DNA of 64,000 nt. Origin: Meiothermus sp. Lineage in GTDB: Bacteria; Deinococcota; Deinococci; Deinococcales; Thermaceae. The notes below the pieces were generated by a model. That model searched no databases. It saw only the letters and a list, made by a program, of their open reading frames with translations, and was not told where the DNA came from. Within the stretch, counting starts at the first letter, position 1; the number at the start of each line of letters is the position of its first letter. This document shows positions 18,938 through 29,379 of the stretch, in pieces. The DNA lies in the NCBI GenBank assembly GCA_033762915.1, contig JANRLD010000053.1, positions 32,001 through 96,000 on the forward strand. Reading direction: 5' to 3'. The translations under genes and the position numbers were made by a program.

Positions 18938-20524
18938 CATCAGCTGCACCAGGATGATTTTTAGCAGCATCGCCAGCGGGTACACGCTGGCGTAGCCCAG
19001 GTTGGGCTGCTCGTTGCTGGACTTCTCGAGGGCGAAGGCCAGCACCGCTGGCTGGGTTTGCAGACCGGCCAGGATGCCGCTCAGAACGCCCAGCGGAATC
19101 CTGAGGAAGCGGTGCCCGACCCAGAGGGTCAGGAAGGCCGCACTTACCGTCACCAGCGCGCCCAGCAGGAACAGCCTTAGGCCGCCACCGCCCGCCAGGG
19201 TCTGCGCGAAGGCGTAGCCCGAGCGCGTCCCGATGCCCGCCAGGAAGAGGATCAGGCCCAGCTGGCGCAGGGTCAGGTTGGCGCTGTAGGGGATCTGCCA
19301 GAGGATCGGGCCGGTGCGCCCGATGGCCCCCAGCACCAAACCCACCAGCAGCGGCCCGCCCGCGAAGCCCAGCTTGAAGCTCTGGCCGCCGGGCAGCGGG
19401 AAGGCGATACTGCCCAGCAGCAGGCCCAGCGCGATGCCCAGGCTGAAGCTCACCACGTCCACTTCGGCCAGGGCGCGGTAGGAGTCGCCCAGGTAGCGCC
19501 CGGCCTCCCGGATGCGCTCCTTGGGGCCAACCACCCGCACCCGGTCGCCCAGCTCGAGGGTGCTCTGCGGGCCGGGCAGAAACTCCACCTCGCCGCGCCG
19601 GATGCGCGTGACCACCACCCCGTAGCGCTCGGCCAGGTTCAGCTCGGCCACGGTGCGGCCCGCCACGTCGCGGTTGCTCACGAAGACCCGGCGGAAGTCC
19701 AGGCTGTGGCGATCCTCCTCCAGGCGCTCCTCGACCGGCTGGCCCAGCACCTCGGCAATGGACTCGAGCTCGTCGGGCCGGGCCACCACGCTCACCCGGT
19801 CGCCCAGTTGCAGGGTGGTGGCGGGGGTGACAAGTTGCTGCTCGCCGCCACGCTGCAGGCGCCCGAAGACGCCCGTCCAGCCGTAGGCGGCCTTGACCTG
19901 CTCGAGCGTCCACCCCACCACCTTGCCCTGGGTGACCTCGAGCGTCTGGCTGACCAGGGTGGTCTCGGCCTGCGCACCCTCGGATTTGCCCCACAGCCGC
20001 CAGGCCAGGTGCAGGGCCAGCATCATCCCGATCACCCCCACCGGGTAGGCGACGGCGTACGCCGTTACTGGCAGGCTCTGAAGGTCCTCGCCCGCGCCGC
20101 CGGCCTTGAGGGCCTCGAGGGCCGCCGCCAGGGCCGGGGTGTTGGTGAGGGAGCCCGCGAACAACCCGACGCGGAGGGCCGCCTCGAGGCCCAGCCAGCC
20201 GCCCAGCAGCACCACCGCCAGGGCCATCAGGGCCAGCACCCCCAGCACCAGCCCGTTGTGGCGCAGCCCGCTGCGCCGGAACGAGGCGAAGAAGCTGGGG
20301 CCGCTGGCCAGCGCGATGGTATAGACGAACAGCACCAGCCCGAACAGGTAGACGAACTCCGGCAGCCGCAGCTCGGGCGAGACCGCCCCGAACCCCAGCC
20401 CCGCGAACAGCACCGCCGCCACCCCCAGGCTGAAGTTGCCCACCCGCACCTGCCCCACCAGATACCCCACCGCCGCTACTACAAATAGCAGCAGAATCGG
20501 ATTGTCACGCAACAGTTCAATCAT
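18929..20524 (-). CDS. Aspartate:alanine exchanger (AAE, YidE/YbjL) transporter with two TrkA-C domains
   Basis: GVAAVLFAGL, GSLTNTPAL, GLQTQPAVL, YASVYP. Confidence 0.92.
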   Translation of the reverse strand: MIELLRDNPILLLFVVAAVGYLVGQVRVGNFSLGVAAVLFAGLGFGAVSPELRLPEFVYLFGLVLFVYTIALASGPSFFASFRRSGLRHNGLVLGVLALMALAVVLLGGWLGLEAALRVGLFAGSLTNTPALAAALEALKAGGAGEDLQSLPVTAYAVAYPVGVIGMMLALHLAWRLWGKSEGAQAETTLVSQTLEVTQGKVVGWTLEQVKAAYGWTGVFGRLQRGGEQQLVTPATTLQLGDRVSVVARPDELESIAEVLGQPVEERLEEDRHSLDFRRVFVSNRDVAGRTVAELNLAERYGVVVTRIRRGEVEFLPGPQSTLELGDRVRVVGPKERIREAGRYLGDSYRALAEVDVVSFSLGIALGLLLGSIAFPLPGGQSFKLGFAGGPLLVGLVLGAIGRTGPILWQIPYSANLTLRQLGLILFLAGIGTRSGYAFAQTLAGGGGLRLFLLGALVTVSAAFLTLWVGHRFLRIPLGVLSGILAGLQTQPAVLAFALEKSSNEQPNLGYASVYPLAMLLKIILVQLMLR

Positions 20525-20860
20525 CCCAAGCTCATGATGGCACGGCAGGGCGGACAAGCGTCCCCGTTCCTGGAGTTAGGAAGATGCGGAGGCGGCAAGT
20601 ACAAAGGAACAGGAGGTCATGTCAGGTGGCGGCCCTATACCCCCTGACGGGTACAACAGCCTCGGTCGTCGGCCCCATGGCCGCAGCCCTAAGGGTCTGC
20701 AGGGTTGAAACACCGAAGGCCGCCCTGAAACGCTCGCTAAGGAATTGCCCCTGGGGGTCGCCTCTGCCCCTCGGCTCGCCGCTCACCGCCCTGTCCGGTA
20801 ATGCTCTGGTAACGTCCCGGCTGCATCATTGACTCGCCTCAGAGCAGAAAGGAGACAGGT

Positions 20861-21304
20861 ATGTTAAGCCGTTTCGATCCGTTTAGAGAGATGGGCAAGC
20901 TGCGCCGCGAGATCGAGCGGGTGTTCGACCAGAGCCCGCTGCGCTTCGACCTCGAGTTTGCCGACGTGGGCACCATGCCGCTCGACGTCTATGAGGAAGG
21001 CGACAAGGTGATGGTCAAGGCTTCGCTCCCCGGCCTCAAGCCCGAGGAGATCAAGGTCGAGGTGCGGGGTGACGTGCTCTACATCAGCGGGGAGGCCAAG
21101 CAGACCGAGGAGAAGAAGGAGCGCGACTACCACCTCAGGGAGCACCGCTTCACCCGCTTCGAGCGCTCCATCGTGCTGCCCAGCGAGGTTGTCAGCGAGA
21201 AGGCCCAGGCCAACTTCGAGGACGGGGTGCTCTTCCTGACCCTGCCCAAAACCGAAACCACCAAGCCCAAGGCCATCCCGGTGCGGACAAAGGTGGGCGT
21301 ATAG
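20861..21304 (+). CDS. Hsp20/alpha-crystallin small heat-shock protein
   Basis: LPGLKPEEIKV, FERSIVLP, ANFEDGVL.LTLPK. Confidence 0.95.
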   Translation: MLSRFDPFREMGKLRREIERVFDQSPLRFDLEFADVGTMPLDVYEEGDKVMVKASLPGLKPEEIKVEVRGDVLYISGEAKQTEEKKERDYHLREHRFTRFERSIVLPSEVVSEKAQANFEDGVLFLTLPKTETTKPKAIPVRTKVGV

Positions 21305-21365
21305 GTTTCACACGGCAGGTGGCAACGGCAGAACGCCGTGCGACCGCGTGCCACAAAGGGGAGGT

Positions 21366-21698
21366 ATGAACATCCAACGCTGGCAAGACTGGGGGAACGT
21401 GTTCCTGGGGGCCTGGCTGTCGACCTCGCCCTGGCTGCTGGGGTACGTCGGCAGCCCAGCCGCGACCTGGAACGCCCTGATCGTGGGCGCACTGGTGGCG
21501 GTGCTGGCCTACTTCGGGCTGGGCGGAGGACCGACCTGGGGGGAATGGGTCACTTTCGGTCTGGGGGTGTGGGCGGTGCTCTCACCCTGGATTCTGGGCT
21601 TTAGCGGGCTGGGAACCCCGGTCTGGAATGTGATCATCGTAGGGATGCTGGTCGCGCTTCTGGCCCTCTATGCCGGCAGGAAACCGGTCAGGGCCTAG
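21366..21698 (+). CDS. SPW-repeat membrane protein
   Basis: Two G.W...SPW.LG repeats; GGAGG RBS. Confidence 0.88.
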   Translation: MNIQRWQDWGNVFLGAWLSTSPWLLGYVGSPAATWNALIVGALVAVLAYFGLGGGPTWGEWVTFGLGVWAVLSPWILGFSGLGTPVWNVIIVGMLVALLALYAGRKPVRA

Positions 21699-21797
21699 GC
21701 CGCCGCACTGCCCGAGGGGTCCGGGCCGCCGATATCAGGCCACAACCCGGCCAAGGCTTCGCCTTGGCCGGGCCTCTCGAGGCGCTAAACTATAGCC

Positions 21798-23825
21798 ATG
21801 TCCGTGCGTCAAGCCCGCACCACCTGCCCCCTCGACTGCCCCGACGCCTGCTCGCTGATCGCCCTCATCGACGACGACTCCAACACCCTCCTCAAGATCG
21901 AGGGCGACCCCGCCCACCCGGTCACCCAGGGCTTCGCCTGCGTCAAGACCTACCGCTACCCCGAACGCAACCACCACCCGCTGCGCCCGCTGCACCCGCT
22001 CAAGCGGGTCGGCCCCAAGGGCGCGGGTGAGTTCGTGCGGGTGGGCTGGGAAGAGGCGCTGGACGAGATCGCGGCCAGGGTCAGGTCTATCGTGGCCGCC
22101 CACGGCCCTGAGGCGGTGCTGCCCTACCACTACGCCGGGACCATGGGGCTGGTGGAATACGAGCACCCCCTGACCTTCTTCCGGGCCCTGGGAGCGAGTG
22201 CGCTCGAGACCACCATCTGCGCCAGCGCGGGCTCGGCGGCCTGGGAGGCCAGCTACGGGCCGCGCTTCGGCGTAGACCCCGAGGACGTGCCCCAGGCCAA
22301 GTTCGTCCTGCTGTGGGGCATCAACAGTCTGCACACCAACACCCACCTCACACCGTTCCTGAAGCAAGCCCGCCAGGGCGGGGCCCGGATCGTCCACATC
22401 GACCCCTACGAGAACCTCACCAGCCGCTTCACCGACGAGCACATCCGCATCCGCCCCGGCACCGACGCCGCGCTGGCCTACGGGATGGCCCGCGCCATCG
22501 TTAAGGCCGGTCTGCACGACGCGGAATACCTCGAGAAGACCGCTCGAGGCTTCGAGGCGTTTATGGAGGTCGCGGAGGCGTGGACGCCCGAAAGGGTCGA
22601 GGCCGCCACCGGCGTTCCCGCCGAGACGGTGGAGCGGATCGCGCTCGAGTTCGCGAAAGCCAAGGCCAGCTTCGTCCGCACCTCCTACGGCCTGACCCGC
22701 CACCCGGGGGGCGCGTCGATGCTGCGGGCGGTGATCCTGCTGCCTGCCATCACTGGGGCTTGGAAGTACGTCGGGGGCGGGGCGCTCCTGAGTACGAGCG
22801 GCGGCTTCCCGCTGAACCGCCAGGCCCTGGCGGGCCGTAAATTCCTGACCGACAGGCCTCAGCCGCGCAGCGTGAACATGACCCAGATCGGCACCGCCCT
22901 CACGCGGCTCGAGCCCCCCATCCGCTCGCTCTTTGTCTTCAACTCCAACCCGGCGGTGGTGGCCCCGCGCTCCGAGCTGGTGCAGCGCGGGCTGATGCGC
23001 GACGATCTCTTCACGGTGGTGCTCGAGCAGGCCATGACCGAGACCACCAAGTACGCCGACTACGTGCTACCCGCCACCACCTTCCTCGAGCATCCCGACC
23101 TCTACACCGCCTACGGCCACTACTACATCTCCTGGAACGAGGCGGTGATGAGGCCGCAGGGCGAGGCCCGGCCCAACACCTGGGTGTTCGCCGAGTTGGG
23201 CAAGCGGCTGGGGCTCGACGAGCCCACGCTGTACTGGGACGCCGAGACGCTGGCGCGATCGCTGCTGGACTCCCGGCACCCCTGGCTCGAGGGCGTGACC
23301 CTGGAGCGACTCAAGGCCGAGGGCTACGTCCGCATCGGCAAGCCCCGCGGGCACCTGGCCTACCTCGAGGGGGCCGAAACGCCCTCCGGCAAGATTCAGT
23401 TCGACCCGCCGCCGCAGGTCATCCTGACCGAGCCGGAGGCCGAGTTCCCCCTGATCCTGATGACCCCGCCCGCCAAGCACTTCCTCAACTCCACCTACGG
23501 GCACGTCGAGCGGCTGGTGAACGGCGAGGGCGGCGAGCCGGTGCTGCTGATCCACCCCGCCGACGCCGAGGCGCGGGGCGTGGTGAGCGGCCAGTACGTG
23601 CGGATTCGCTCGAGGTACGGCGAGGTGCGGCGCAGGGCCAAGGTGGGAGCCATACCCATCCAGGGAACGGTGGTGCTCGAGGGCACCTGGTGGGAGCGGC
23701 CCGCCCCGGACGGCAGGGGCATCAACTGGCTGACCGGCGAGCACCTGACCGACATGGGCGCGGGCTCGACCTTCCACTCCAACCCGGTCGAGGTGGAGGC
23801 GCTGGGCGGAGCGGCGGACGACTGA
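21798..23825 (+). CDS. Molybdopterin-dependent oxidoreductase (DMSO reductase family)
   Basis: CPLDCPDAC...C Fe-S motif, ADYVLPATTFLE, C-terminal MGD-binding domain. Confidence 0.93.
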   Translation: MSVRQARTTCPLDCPDACSLIALIDDDSNTLLKIEGDPAHPVTQGFACVKTYRYPERNHHPLRPLHPLKRVGPKGAGEFVRVGWEEALDEIAARVRSIVAAHGPEAVLPYHYAGTMGLVEYEHPLTFFRALGASALETTICASAGSAAWEASYGPRFGVDPEDVPQAKFVLLWGINSLHTNTHLTPFLKQARQGGARIVHIDPYENLTSRFTDEHIRIRPGTDAALAYGMARAIVKAGLHDAEYLEKTARGFEAFMEVAEAWTPERVEAATGVPAETVERIALEFAKAKASFVRTSYGLTRHPGGASMLRAVILLPAITGAWKYVGGGALLSTSGGFPLNRQALAGRKFLTDRPQPRSVNMTQIGTALTRLEPPIRSLFVFNSNPAVVAPRSELVQRGLMRDDLFTVVLEQAMTETTKYADYVLPATTFLEHPDLYTAYGHYYISWNEAVMRPQGEARPNTWVFAELGKRLGLDEPTLYWDAETLARSLLDSRHPWLEGVTLERLKAEGYVRIGKPRGHLAYLEGAETPSGKIQFDPPPQVILTEPEAEFPLILMTPPAKHFLNSTYGHVERLVNGEGGEPVLLIHPADAEARGVVSGQYVRIRSRYGEVRRRAKVGAIPIQGTVVLEGTWWERPAPDGRGINWLTGEHLTDMGAGSTFHSNPVEVEALGGAADD

Positions 23826-23842
23826 ACCTTCGGAGGCCAGAC

Positions 23843-24943
23843 GTGAACGGATTCCTGCCCACCCCCCAGGCCGCCCCGCCGCTGCCACCGGACTTCGCTC
23901 CGTGGGAGCGGGCGGCCCGCGACCTGCCCAAGCTGCTGATCGCCGGCCGGCTGCGCGCCGCCGTGAGGGAACTGGCCGCGCCGGACTGCCGGAGGCTCGA
24001 GGAGGGGCAGCTCGAAACGGCCATGCGGGTCTTGTCCTTCCTGGGCAACGCCTACGTGTGGGGAGAGAAGCCCCTGGTCGACAGGCTTCCGCGCCAACTG
24101 GCGCTGCCCTGGGTGGCGGTAGCAGAGCGGCTGGATCGCAAGCCGATGCTCTCCTATGCCTCGAGCACCCTCCACAACTGGCGCCTGCTCGACCCCGCTG
24201 GGCCGGTCGAGCTGGGCAACCTCGCGGTGGTGCAGAACTTCCTGGGCGGGCAGGACGAAGACTGGTTTGTGCAGGTTCACGTGGCCATCGAGGCCGCCTC
24301 GAGCCCCGCCGTCGCGGCCATCCCACCCCTCCAGGCGGCGGTGGCGGCGGGCGACGTCGGGGCCATTGGGGCCGGCCTCCGGACCGTCTCGAGCGCGCTC
24401 GAGACAGTTCTGGGACTGATAAACCGCATGTACGAGAAGTGCGACCCGCACATCTACTACCACCGCTTCCGCCCCTTTCTGTTCGGCTGGTTCAACAACC
24501 CCGAACTGCCCCAGGGCATGGTCTACGAGGGGGCCTACGGCGACCGGCCCCAGCACTTCCACGGCCAGACCGGCGCGCAGAGCAGCGTCATCCCCGCCCT
24601 CGACGCCCTGCTGGGCATCGAGCTCGAGCACGACCAGATGCAAAGCTACCTCGAGGCCATGCGCAGCTGCATGCCGGTGGCGCACCGCCGCTTCATCGAG
24701 GCGACCTGGCGCGGCCCGTCGCTGCGCGAATTCAGTAAAGCCCACCTGGGCGAGCTGCGCGACCCCTACAACCGCGCCGTCAGGCTCCTCAACGCCTTCC
24801 GCAGCGCCCACCTGGGCCTGGCGGGCAAGTTCGTCCACGAGCCCGGCCTCAAGTACGCCCAGGGCGCAGTGGGAACCGGCGGCACCTCGTTCATGACCTA
24901 CCTCGGCAGCCGCCAACAGGGGACGGCGGAGCATTTGCTGTGA
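23843..24943 (+). CDS. Indoleamine 2,3-dioxygenase (IDO family heme protein)
   Basis: GFLP, AYVWG, DEDWFVQVH, CDP..YY..FRPFL.GW, GAQSS, MP..HR.F, FRSAH, GTGGT; GTG start after GGAGG. Confidence 0.9.
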   Translation: MNGFLPTPQAAPPLPPDFAPWERAARDLPKLLIAGRLRAAVRELAAPDCRRLEEGQLETAMRVLSFLGNAYVWGEKPLVDRLPRQLALPWVAVAERLDRKPMLSYASSTLHNWRLLDPAGPVELGNLAVVQNFLGGQDEDWFVQVHVAIEAASSPAVAAIPPLQAAVAAGDVGAIGAGLRTVSSALETVLGLINRMYEKCDPHIYYHRFRPFLFGWFNNPELPQGMVYEGAYGDRPQHFHGQTGAQSSVIPALDALLGIELEHDQMQSYLEAMRSCMPVAHRRFIEATWRGPSLREFSKAHLGELRDPYNRAVRLLNAFRSAHLGLAGKFVHEPGLKYAQGAVGTGGTSFMTYLGSRQQGTAEHLL

Positions 24944-25003
24944 CGAAAGCCTCGCCGCCTTTCGGCCCTCTGTTCCCCGTTCACTCCAGCGGTTCGCGCC
25001 GTT

Positions 25004-25160
25004 AAGTTGCACCAGGGTAGAAGTGCGGAATCGGCGGAAGCAACACATTCGTGCCTGGGCGGAGTGGCGTGCTCCATAGCCGCGGAGCAGCTACCTGGGG
25101 CGCAATTCCCTGCGGGAGCTGGCGGGCGAAATTTCGCATTGCAACTATGAAGACATGTAG
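25004..25160 (+). repeat. Repeat family A, copy 3
   Basis: AGTTGCA...TGCAACT termini followed by ATGAAGACATGTAG. Confidence 0.9.
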
Positions 25161-25239
25161 GCCTCACCGTGTGAAGCGCTAAAGCGTGCGCTAAAGCGAA
25201 GTAGTGCACTCGGTAGGGCAAAAACCGCCATACCGAGTG

Positions 25240-25297
25240 TTCGTGGCAACCGCTCTACAGCAAATCATATGGAAGGAGTATGCGTGGGAACCGCTCT
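25240..25297. repeat. Short repeat family B, copy 3, with a partial duplicate
   Basis: CGTGGCAACCGCTCT followed by GTATGCGTGGGAACCGCTCT. Confidence 0.6.
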
Positions 25298-25308
25298 GAG
25301 AAGCGCTG

Positions 25309-26229
25309 TCAATACCCGAAATAGGCCTTGCTGAACTCGTTGTGGATGTCCGCCAGGGACTCCAGCAGCTCTTCGAGGTCCGGGTCTTTTTTCTTGAAGA
25401 CCTGCCCGGCGTTCTCGAGGTACTCCATGGTGGCGGCCAGCTTGCCCGCCTTGCGAACGCACTCCCGCCCCACCCCGCCGCTGTGGCGCCGGGCGGCCTC
25501 GGTGGCCCGCTTCAGGCCGTCGACGCTGAAGTGCACCGAGCGCGGGAAGTCGTCACCCAGGAGCAAGAAGTCGCCGATGCGCATGGTCTCGAGGGTGGTG
25601 TGGTGAACCTTGCGGTAGGCCTCCAAAGCCCCCACGCTACGCAGCAACGAGCGGTTGAAGTGGTTCTGCAGCTCGGCCTCCTTGGTCAGGTCGCCGCCCT
25701 CGATGTAGGTCTGGAGTACCCGCAGCATGTTGTCGGCCCGCTCGAGGTAGCGCCCCATCCGCAGGAAGTAGAAGCTGGCGTCGCGGGGCATGGTCAGCTC
25801 GGCGATGCCCATCATCTGGTGGCTGGCCAGGCGCACCTGCACGCAGTAGTCGTGCAGGGTCTCCTGTTCCATCACGTTCTCGGTACCGTAATAACAGCGG
25901 TTGAAGAGAGAGTTGACCTCCTCCCAGAACTCCAGATTGAGGTGAAAGCGCGTGGTGCGGGCGTTCTCGCGCACCCGCCAGATGCAGCTTCGGATCGAGC
26001 TGCCGTTGGCGAGGTCGAAGGCCAGCCACTGCACCACCGCGGCCTCGTTGGGCTCCACCCCCTCCACCTCGAGCGACCTCAGCAGCCGCCGCCACCAGTC
26101 CCCCGCGATCCCCTCTACTGGGGCCTCCGCCACCGCGTAGTAGTTCACATCAAGGAGCCGGGCGGTGTTCTCCGCCCGCTCGAGGTAGCGACCGAGCCAG
26201 TACAGGTTTTCGGCAATTCGGCTAAGCAC
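25309..26229 (-). CDS. Alpha-E domain protein
   Basis: LSRIAENLYWLGRYLERAENTARLL and second repeat GRYLERAD; FPRSV. Confidence 0.92.
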   Translation of the reverse strand: MLSRIAENLYWLGRYLERAENTARLLDVNYYAVAEAPVEGIAGDWWRRLLRSLEVEGVEPNEAAVVQWLAFDLANGSSIRSCIWRVRENARTTRFHLNLEFWEEVNSLFNRCYYGTENVMEQETLHDYCVQVRLASHQMMGIAELTMPRDASFYFLRMGRYLERADNMLRVLQTYIEGGDLTKEAELQNHFNRSLLRSVGALEAYRKVHHTTLETMRIGDFLLLGDDFPRSVHFSVDGLKRATEAARRHSGGVGRECVRKAGKLAATMEYLENAGQVFKKKDPDLEELLESLADIHNEFSKAYFGY

Positions 26230-26352
26230 AGGTGACCTCCGCGCACGGCGCAGCAAGCAAGGGAAAGAGGGAACGGGGGCGTAGGGAAGGGAAGGCAAAG
26301 CGGCACCGGGCCCTGGCTTCCCTCCTCCCTCCCCCCTCTGCCCTATCGCGCC

Positions 26353-27801
26353 TCACGACAACACCCACGTGTCCTTCGACCCGCCGCCCTGCGAGCTGTT
26401 GACCACCAGGCTGCCGCGCTTGAGGGCTACGCGGGTCAGGCCGCCGGGGAGGACTTGAATTTTCTCGCCCACCAGCACGAAGGGGCGCAGGTCGATGTGG
26501 CGAGGCTCGAAGGCGGCGGTATCCTCGGCATAGGTAGGGTGGGTGGAGAGGCCCAGGGTGGGCTGGGCGACGAAGTTATGCGGCTCCTCCCTGACCTTCT
26601 TAACGTACTCGGCGACCTGCTCCTCAGTGGAGTGGGGACCAATCAGCATCCCATAGCCGCCGGACTGGTCCACCTTCTTGATCACCAGCTCGTGGGCGTG
26701 GGCCAAGATGTACTCGAGGTCGTCCCGCTCCGCGCCGATGTAGGTCTGGACATTGGGCAAGATGGGCTCCTGGTTGAGGTAGTACTTGATGAGCCGCGGA
26801 ACGTAGGCGTAGAGGGCCTTGTCGTCGGCCACGCCGTTGCCGACGGCGTTGGCCAGTGCCACCCGGCCCTCGCGGTAGACCTTGACCAGTCCCGGCACAC
26901 CCAGCACCGAATCGGGGCGGAAGACCGTGGGGTCTATGAACTCGTCGTCGATGCGCTTGTAGATCACGTCCACCTGCTGCCTACCCCCGGTGGAGCGCAT
27001 CCAGACCCGCCCGTCATCGACGAAGAGGTCGGCGGCCTCGACCAGCTCGACCCCCATCTGCTGGGCCAGGAACATGTGTTCGAAGTAGGCGCTGTTGAAC
27101 GGCCCCGGGGTGAGGATCACCACGTTGGGCTCGGCGATGTCGCGGGGCGAGAGGCTACGCAGCGTCTTGAGCAGCATGTCGGGGTAGTCCTCGACCAGCT
27201 TGACCTTGGCCTTGGACAGGATTTGGGGGAAGGCCCGGCTCATCACCCGGCGGTTGGAGAGCACGTAGGAGACCCCGGAGGGGGTACGGAGGTTGTCCTC
27301 GAGGACCCGGTACTGCCCGGTCTCGTCGCGCACCAGATCGATGCCCGCCACGTGGGTGAAGGCTCCGTGCGGCAGCCTGACCCCGTGAACCTGGCGGTAG
27401 TAGGCCGGGTGGTTTAGCACCAGACCCTGCGGCAACACGTTGTCTGAAAGAATATGCTGGCCGTTGTATATGTCCTGCAAGAACAGGTTCAGCGCCTTGA
27501 CCCGCTGAATCAGCCCCTGCTCGACGGTCTTCCACTCCGCCGCCGGGATGATGCGGGGCACGATATCCAGCGGGAAGGGCCGCTCCGGCCCCGAGGGGTC
27601 GCCGTAGACGGCGAAGGTGATGCCCTGGTTGCGGAAGGCCAGCTCGGTGAGGGCCTGGCGGCGGCGGAAGTCTTCCGGCGAGAGCGCCACGAGCCTCGAG
27701 ATCACCTCGGCGTAGTGCTTGCGCGACTTGCCCCCCTGGTCGAACACCTCGTCGAAGAACTCGCTGTTGTACGCCTCGAACCAGTCCGCGACCTGCTTCA
27801 T
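26353..27801 (-). CDS. Circularly permuted ATP-grasp type 2 protein
   Basis: [50 protein letters not shown]. Confidence 0.94.
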   Translation of the reverse strand: MKQVADWFEAYNSEFFDEVFDQGGKSRKHYAEVISRLVALSPEDFRRRQALTELAFRNQGITFAVYGDPSGPERPFPLDIVPRIIPAAEWKTVEQGLIQRVKALNLFLQDIYNGQHILSDNVLPQGLVLNHPAYYRQVHGVRLPHGAFTHVAGIDLVRDETGQYRVLEDNLRTPSGVSYVLSNRRVMSRAFPQILSKAKVKLVEDYPDMLLKTLRSLSPRDIAEPNVVILTPGPFNSAYFEHMFLAQQMGVELVEAADLFVDDGRVWMRSTGGRQQVDVIYKRIDDEFIDPTVFRPDSVLGVPGLVKVYREGRVALANAVGNGVADDKALYAYVPRLIKYYLNQEPILPNVQTYIGAERDDLEYILAHAHELVIKKVDQSGGYGMLIGPHSTEEQVAEYVKKVREEPHNFVAQPTLGLSTHPTYAEDTAAFEPRHIDLRPFVLVGEKIQVLPGGLTRVALKRGSLVVNSSQGGGSKDTWVLS

Positions 27802-27852
27802 GTGGGGATTATAACGATTTATGGATATTTATCCATTGGATACAGTTAGGGT

Positions 27853-28635
27853 ATGGGAATCGAAGACAAACTCGAGCCTTTGACGGGTAAAGTGTTCCAG
27901 CTAACCCAGCCTTTTCAGGGCGACGATGCAACGGCATGGACGGTTCACGCCGGACGCGGGAGCTTCATCCTCAAAACCGTTAGGCCAGGGCATGACCCCG
28001 ACGGGCTGCGAAGAGAGCAGGTCGTTCTGGCGACCTTGCCTCGAGACACCGCCCTCGAGCTGCCCCGCCCCGTCGGCCTCTTCGAGTTCGAGGGGGTGAT
28101 CTACGGCCTGCAAACCTGCCTTGAAGGCCAGAACCTGGTTCATGCCCTCCGGCAGGCAGACGAACCCACCCGCCACCTTCTGGTCAGGAGTTGGGGCCAC
28201 GCCTTACGGGAGATTCACCGCTGGCAGCCCACTTTAGCGTTTAGAGAGTCCCCGCTCGAGTCGTTCGAGATTACCCGGCGACAAACCCCCAAAGACACGG
28301 CAATAGAACATGGGCCGTTTAGGGGCTGGATGGCCCAAGCCGTGCTGGATGAACTCGAGGCGGCCCGACACCTGATCCAACCCAGGATAGTTTTCACCCA
28401 CTGGGATTACTGTGTCCCGAATGCCTTGGCACAGGGTAAGAAAGTCAGCGCCATCGTGGACTGGTGTACGGGACGTTACGCCGACTATCGCAGCGATTTG
28501 GCCGCAGCTTCATGGTCACTGGAGTACAACCTGGGGAGCCGCGACTACCTGCCCAGTCTCCTGGAAGGATACCGTTACAGCGGAACTCTCGAGGAGTTGC
28601 GCTGGTTCGAAGGGCTGTGGGCACTTCCGGTTTAG
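27853..28635 (+). CDS. Aminoglycoside phosphotransferase/choline kinase family protein
   Basis: FTHWDYCVPN (Brenner-type motif), IVDW, SDLA. Confidence 0.75.
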   Translation: MGIEDKLEPLTGKVFQLTQPFQGDDATAWTVHAGRGSFILKTVRPGHDPDGLRREQVVLATLPRDTALELPRPVGLFEFEGVIYGLQTCLEGQNLVHALRQADEPTRHLLVRSWGHALREIHRWQPTLAFRESPLESFEITRRQTPKDTAIEHGPFRGWMAQAVLDELEAARHLIQPRIVFTHWDYCVPNALAQGKKVSAIVDWCTGRYADYRSDLAAASWSLEYNLGSRDYLPSLLEGYRYSGTLEELRWFEGLWALPV

Positions 28636-29252
28636 CTCTGCAAATTCGGCGTACCGATGCGGTAGCGGCAGCAGTCCGCCCCGGCGGCGATGCGCTCCTC
28701 GCGGACCACGCCCACCCCCAGCAGCCGCTGGTACATCTCGTTCTCGGTCTGGCAAAACTCGCCGTGCTCCAGGGCCAGCGCCAGCTTGGGGCAGCGGCCC
28801 TGCTCGAGATACCACTGGCCGTTCTCCTGGTAGAAGCTGGCCTGGTAGCCCTGCTCGGTCAGGAACTCGGCCAGGCGGTAGATCTTCTGCTCGAGCGTGA
28901 GCCCCTCGAGGTGCGGGGCCAGCAGCTCCAACAGCTGCGCGTTGCGCCGGGTGAGCACCTGGATCACCGCCCCCGAACCGAACAGCTCCTTGAGGTGGGT
29001 CAGCACGTCGCCGCACATCCGGGCGTAGGGGGCCTCCTGGTCTACGGCCTGGTAGACCTGCTTGGGCCTGCCGCGCCCCTCGGCCTTCTCGAGCTTGCCC
29101 CGCACCAGCCCCTCGCGCTCCAAGTCCTCGAGGTGGCGGTGTACGGCCACCTTGGAGATTCCCAGGCTGTCGGAAAGCATCCCCGCACAGCAGGGCTTCG
29201 AGCGCAGCGTCTCGAGGATGCGCTGTTTGGTCTCGCCGAGTCCTAGCGGCAC
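28632..29252 (-). CDS. SufR-like HTH metalloregulator
   Basis: ISKVAVHRHL..L, GRGRP..VY, C-terminal Cys (CP..., FC..E, CC); downstream of mrp. Confidence 0.8.
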   Translation of the reverse strand: MPLGLGETKQRILETLRSKPCCAGMLSDSLGISKVAVHRHLEDLEREGLVRGKLEKAEGRGRPKQVYQAVDQEAPYARMCGDVLTHLKELFGSGAVIQVLTRRNAQLLELLAPHLEGLTLEQKIYRLAEFLTEQGYQASFYQENGQWYLEQGRCPKLALALEHGEFCQTENEMYQRLLGVGVVREERIAAGADCCRYRIGTPNLQS

Positions 29253-29379
29253 GGGCGCCCCCCCGGAGAGCGGAAAGACGAAAGGGGAAAAAGGGAAGCG
29301 CGCACGGAAACCCCGCGGTTGATTCTCCCTTCCCCCTCCCTCCTTTCTCCCCTGCGTCGCGTCATCACAGCCTCCCCGA

